Shown here: positions 44,908-47,808 of the stretch, piece after piece
Position numbering within the stretch: the first letter of the stretch is position 1
Layout: each line of letters begins with the position of its first letter
Source: Candidatus Kapaibacterium sp.
Lineage (GTDB): Bacteria > Patescibacteriota > Patescibacteriia > UBA9934
Assembly (NCBI GenBank): GCA_044350705.1
Contig: JBILHA010000001.1
Location: 1-47,808 of the forward strand
DNA: 47,808 bases
Direction of reading: 5' to 3'
Made by a program: the position numbers and the translations under genes
Notes under the pieces: model-generated
Told to the model about the DNA's origin: nothing
Databases searched by the model: none
Seen by the model: the letters and a program-made list of their open reading frames with translations, nothing else

Positions 44908-46467
44908 TTATCTCGCGAATTCAATCACGCGCTTTTCTCTGATTACGGTAATTTTTACTTCCCCTGGGTACGTCAGCTCCTTTTCAATTTTGTGTGCAAT
45001 ATTTTTTGCCATTTCGTATGCCTTGTAATCATCCACCATTCCTGGTTCGACGAATACACGTACCTCGCGTCCAGCTTGAATGGCATATGCTTTTTCTACT
45101 CCTTCAAATCCTGACGCCACTGCTTCAAGATTTTGGAGTCGCTGGATATATTCTTCCACGCTATTTCGGCGGGCACCTGGCCGAGCTCCAGAAATTGCAT
45201 CTGCAGCTTTTACAATAACGCCTTCAAGCGTACGAGGGCGATCTTCATGGTGGGCAATCGATTGATAGCAAAGATCTTCGGGGAAGCCGAACTTTTTCAT
45301 GATATTGTAGCCAATTTGTGGATGCGCCCCTTGCATGTCGTGATCTACGGCTTTTCCGATGTCGTGGAAGAGCCCACCTTTTTTGAGCGGGAAGGGATCG
45401 AGGCCAAGTTCCTCGCCGATCATGCCTGCAATGCGTGCAACTTCGAGAGAGTGCTGAAGAACGTTTTGTCCGTAACTGGTACGGAATTTGAGGCGTCCCA
45501 AAATGGCAATGAGTTTTGGATCAATGCTTGGGACAGGGATGCCGAGTTCATAAAGCGCATCTTCTCCTGCTTTTTTCATTTCTTTTGCAAGATCGTTTTT
45601 TGCTTCTTTGATAGCTTCTTCAATGCGCGCAGGTTGAATACGCCCATCTTTCATGAGGAGTTCTAGTGCGCGTTTTGCTACCTGACGCCGAACCGGAGAA
45701 AAACCGCTGATAGAAATAACCCCGGGAGTATCGTCGATAATGAGTTCGCATCCGGTTTGATGCTCAATGGCTTTGATGTTGCGTCCTTCCTTTCCAATAA
45801 TGCGTCCTTTCATGTCTTCAGAAGGAAGTTCAACGTAGGTGATCGTTGCATCTGCTACATGACTACTTGCAAAGCGCTGGATTGCGAGAGAGAGCACTTT
45901 GCGTGCTTTATTCTCTATTTCCTCTTCGGTTATGAGATCCATTTTCCGCACTCGTTCCAATAGGGCATCTTGATGATCTCGCTCGATTTTCCCCAAGAGC
46001 ATGGACAATGCTTGTTCTTTATTGAGCCCTGCAATTTCTGCCAATCTTTGTTCCGCTTCGATTTTTGTGAGCTCTACGGCTTGTTGCGCGGTTATGACGG
46101 CGAGTTTTGCTTGTTCAAGGCTCTCTTTGCGTTTTTCAACATCAATAAGCGTCTCATCAAAACGACGTTCCCGTTCTGAAAGACGTTCCTGGGCAAGATC
46201 TAGAGATTTCATTTTTTCTTGCAGCTCTTTTTGTGCCTCTGCGACAATTTCCAACGCTCTTTCTTTAGCCTCTAATAATAAGCGCTGTTCGTGCGCCTTC
46301 GCTTGTTCTAATGCAAGAGCTTCCTTGCTTTTTGCATCATCAAGAATGCGTTGCGCACGGGCTTCTGCGGAGGAAATATTTCTTTTTGCGAGAAATGCAC
46401 GTGCAAAATATCCTGCAAGAACGCCGACAAGAATGCCGGCGCAGGTAAGAAGAATGGTAAGAAGCAT
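44908..46467 (-). CDS. rny: Ribonuclease Y.
   Basis: N-terminal TM, coiled coil, KH domain (GRIIGKEGRNIKAIE) and HD domain (LFHDIGKAVDH); 519 aa. Confidence 0.95.
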   Translation of the reverse strand: MLLTILLTCAGILVGVLAGYFARAFLAKRNISSAEARAQRILDDAKSKEALALEQAKAHEQRLLLEAKERALEIVAEAQKELQEKMKSLDLAQERLSERERRFDETLIDVEKRKESLEQAKLAVITAQQAVELTKIEAEQRLAEIAGLNKEQALSMLLGKIERDHQDALLERVRKMDLITEEEIENKARKVLSLAIQRFASSHVADATITYVELPSEDMKGRIIGKEGRNIKAIEHQTGCELIIDDTPGVISISGFSPVRRQVAKRALELLMKDGRIQPARIEEAIKEAKNDLAKEMKKAGEDALYELGIPVPSIDPKLIAILGRLKFRTSYGQNVLQHSLEVARIAGMIGEELGLDPFPLKKGGLFHDIGKAVDHDMQGAHPQIGYNIMKKFGFPEDLCYQSIAHHEDRPRTLEGVIVKAADAISGARPGARRNSVEEYIQRLQNLEAVASGFEGVEKAYAIQAGREVRVFVEPGMVDDYKAYEMAKNIAHKIEKELTYPGEVKITVIREKRVIEFAR

Positions 46468-46511
46468 AGAAATATGCGCTTGCAGTATCGGCTGGATGCG
46501 CGTCAGGAGCG

Positions 46512-47258
46512 TCAGCTTTGCTCTCCACCACGATACAAATCGTTTTTTGCGAAGTCAAGCCAGTTTTCTTGAGTGAGCTCATGAAGAGGAGTTGCCTCCT
46601 CAATGGTATGGGGGCCGATTGCCGTTCGGCGTAGGTAACGGAGATATCCACCCGTGCCACACAATTTTCCCAGATCTCGAGCGAGTGCGCGGATATAGGT
46701 GCCCGATGAAACGGTTACTTTGAAGGAAAGTGTGACTGGGAGGGGGAAGGAGTATGGGGTGCGGGGGGTAGGGGAATCGAGAGGATTGGGTTCGAATAAC
46801 GACTTCCACTCATATACAGTGACTTTTCTTGGCTGTACTTCAATCGTTTTACCAGCACGGGCAAGATCATATAGTTTTTTCCCTTGCACTTTTATCGCTG
46901 AGTACATGGGTGGAGTTTGTTCTTGGGGGCCGGTCAGCTCATACAGTGCTTGGCGGAGTTCTTCTAGAGAAATGCTTTGTTCTCCCTGTTTTGGAACGAT
47001 TTTTTCGGGTGATTCAGGGTCGAGTGTTTCGGTGGTAGCGCCGAGCGCGATATCGGCAATGTAGGCTTTGTCCATGCCGAGGAATGTTGAGAGGTGTTTG
47101 GTGTGCTCTCGTCCTACTCCAATAATGAGGAGCCCGGTTGCAAATGGATCCAGCGTTCCCGAGTGTCCCACCCGTTTTTCTCCCGTTATTCGACGGACTC
47201 TTGCTACTACATCGTGACTTGTTTTTCCCGCGGGTTTATCGATGAGGAGGAAGGGCAT
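46512..47258 (-). CDS. truB: tRNA pseudouridine(55) synthase.
   Basis: LLIDKPAGKTSHDVV...VGHSGTLDPFATGLLIIGVG, including the catalytic Asp motif. Confidence 0.93.
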   Translation of the reverse strand: MPFLLIDKPAGKTSHDVVARVRRITGEKRVGHSGTLDPFATGLLIIGVGREHTKHLSTFLGMDKAYIADIALGATTETLDPESPEKIVPKQGEQSISLEELRQALYELTGPQEQTPPMYSAIKVQGKKLYDLARAGKTIEVQPRKVTVYEWKSLFEPNPLDSPTPRTPYSFPLPVTLSFKVTVSSGTYIRALARDLGKLCGTGGYLRYLRRTAIGPHTIEEATPLHELTQENWLDFAKNDLYRGGEQS

Positions 47259-47337
47259 AGATGCAAATACGATAGCAGATTGGTGAAGAAAGTACGCTAT
47301 CTTGCTCCAAAGAGGCTTATTCGCTACACTTCACCCC

Positions 47338-47808
47338 ATGAATATTTCAGAACTCGCCCGTCAATTGCGGGTCCCTACCGAAGAACTTCGTTCACGTTTA
47401 CCTGAACTTGGTTTTGATATTGGTGGAAAAGCTATTAAAATTCCTGATCGTGATGTTGGTAAAATCATCAAGGCCTGGAATGATCATAAAAAGCGACTTT
47501 ATCTTCAAAAGAAGATGGAGGAGCAGAAAACTCGTGCAGAGCGAAAGGCACGTGTACAGTCGGGTGAGGCTGAGCGAGTCGCTATTCCTCCTCTTATTAC
47601 GGTGCGTGATTTTGCTACATTGCTTAACCTTCCGGTTGCTAAGGTTATGCAGGAGCTCATGCGTAATGGTATTTTGGCGTCTTTGAACGAACGTATTGAT
47701 TTTGATTCTGCATCCATCATTGCTGAGGATCTCGGTTTTCTTGCTGATCGCGCGGATGACCAGAAGGAAGATGTGGTAGATAATGAGGCGAATACCCGTT
47801 TGGAAGAA
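47338..47808 (+). CDS. infB: Translation initiation factor IF-2, N-terminal part (3' end runs off the window).
   Basis: I translated frame 1 by hand; it is absent from the ORF track because no stop falls within the window. The translation is MNISELARQLRVPTEELRSRLPELGFDIGGKAI...ITVRDFATLLNLPVAKVMQELMRNGILASLNERIDFDSASIIAEDLGF, which contains two IF2_N-type motifs. Confidence 0.8.
   Translation, partial: MNISELARQLRVPTEELRSRLPELGFDIGGKAIKIPDRDVGKIIKAWNDHKKRLYLQKKMEEQKTRAERKARVQSGEAERVAIPPLITVRDFATLLNLPVAKVMQELMRNGILASLNERIDFDSASIIAEDLGFLADRADDQKEDVVDNEANTRLEE

Overview
This is a 47.8-kb, gene-dense chromosomal segment that is mostly housekeeping. Genes read cleanly in the standard code, and TGA is used as a stop (for example the sufB/sufD ATGA overlap). 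I infer a streamlined, uncultivated-type bacterium, possibly Patescibacteria/CPR-like. That inference rests only on gene content: short SMC, short SufD, a 4-domain S1, an unlinked 16S, and an rpsP-KH-trmD cluster without rimM/rplS. I call 46 protein genes. They include smc, rpsP, trmD, rnhB, sufBDSUC, clpP, tsaD/tsaE, rsmE, pilB, ftsH, rpsA, gyrA, rpmF, nusB, rnc, hup, rny, truB and the infB 5' end. I also call one 16S rRNA gene with its own promoter, processing stem and terminator but no 23S behind it, and seven tRNA genes, all with encoded CCA. I saw no CRISPR array, transposase, integrase, reverse transcriptase or recognisable defence or toxin genes. I cannot name a new multi-gene system with confidence. 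The features that ordinary annotation does not explain are: (1) a split 27-nt duplicate of the tRNA-Glu 5' region, interrupted by an 81-nt four-way-junction insert, at the 5' end of the tRNA-Glu transcript; (2) a promoter-plus-terminator-bounded structured RNA candidate in the 475-bp convergent spacer between clpP and the vanW-like gene; (3) a 128-nt rod-like imperfect palindrome abutting tRNA-Gly, next to a GC-rich hairpin and G-run island; (4) a protein of more than 1279 aa with 92-aa tandem repeats and a C-terminal two-Rossmann flavoenzyme-like module; (5) a 747-aa SMC with no recognisable hinge; (6) an uncharacterised ORF overlapping the end of tsaE; (7) several genes whose -10 box lies 6-11 nt from the ATG, suggesting leaderless mRNAs. 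All coordinates and motifs were read by eye from the sequence. No database search or folding program was run.
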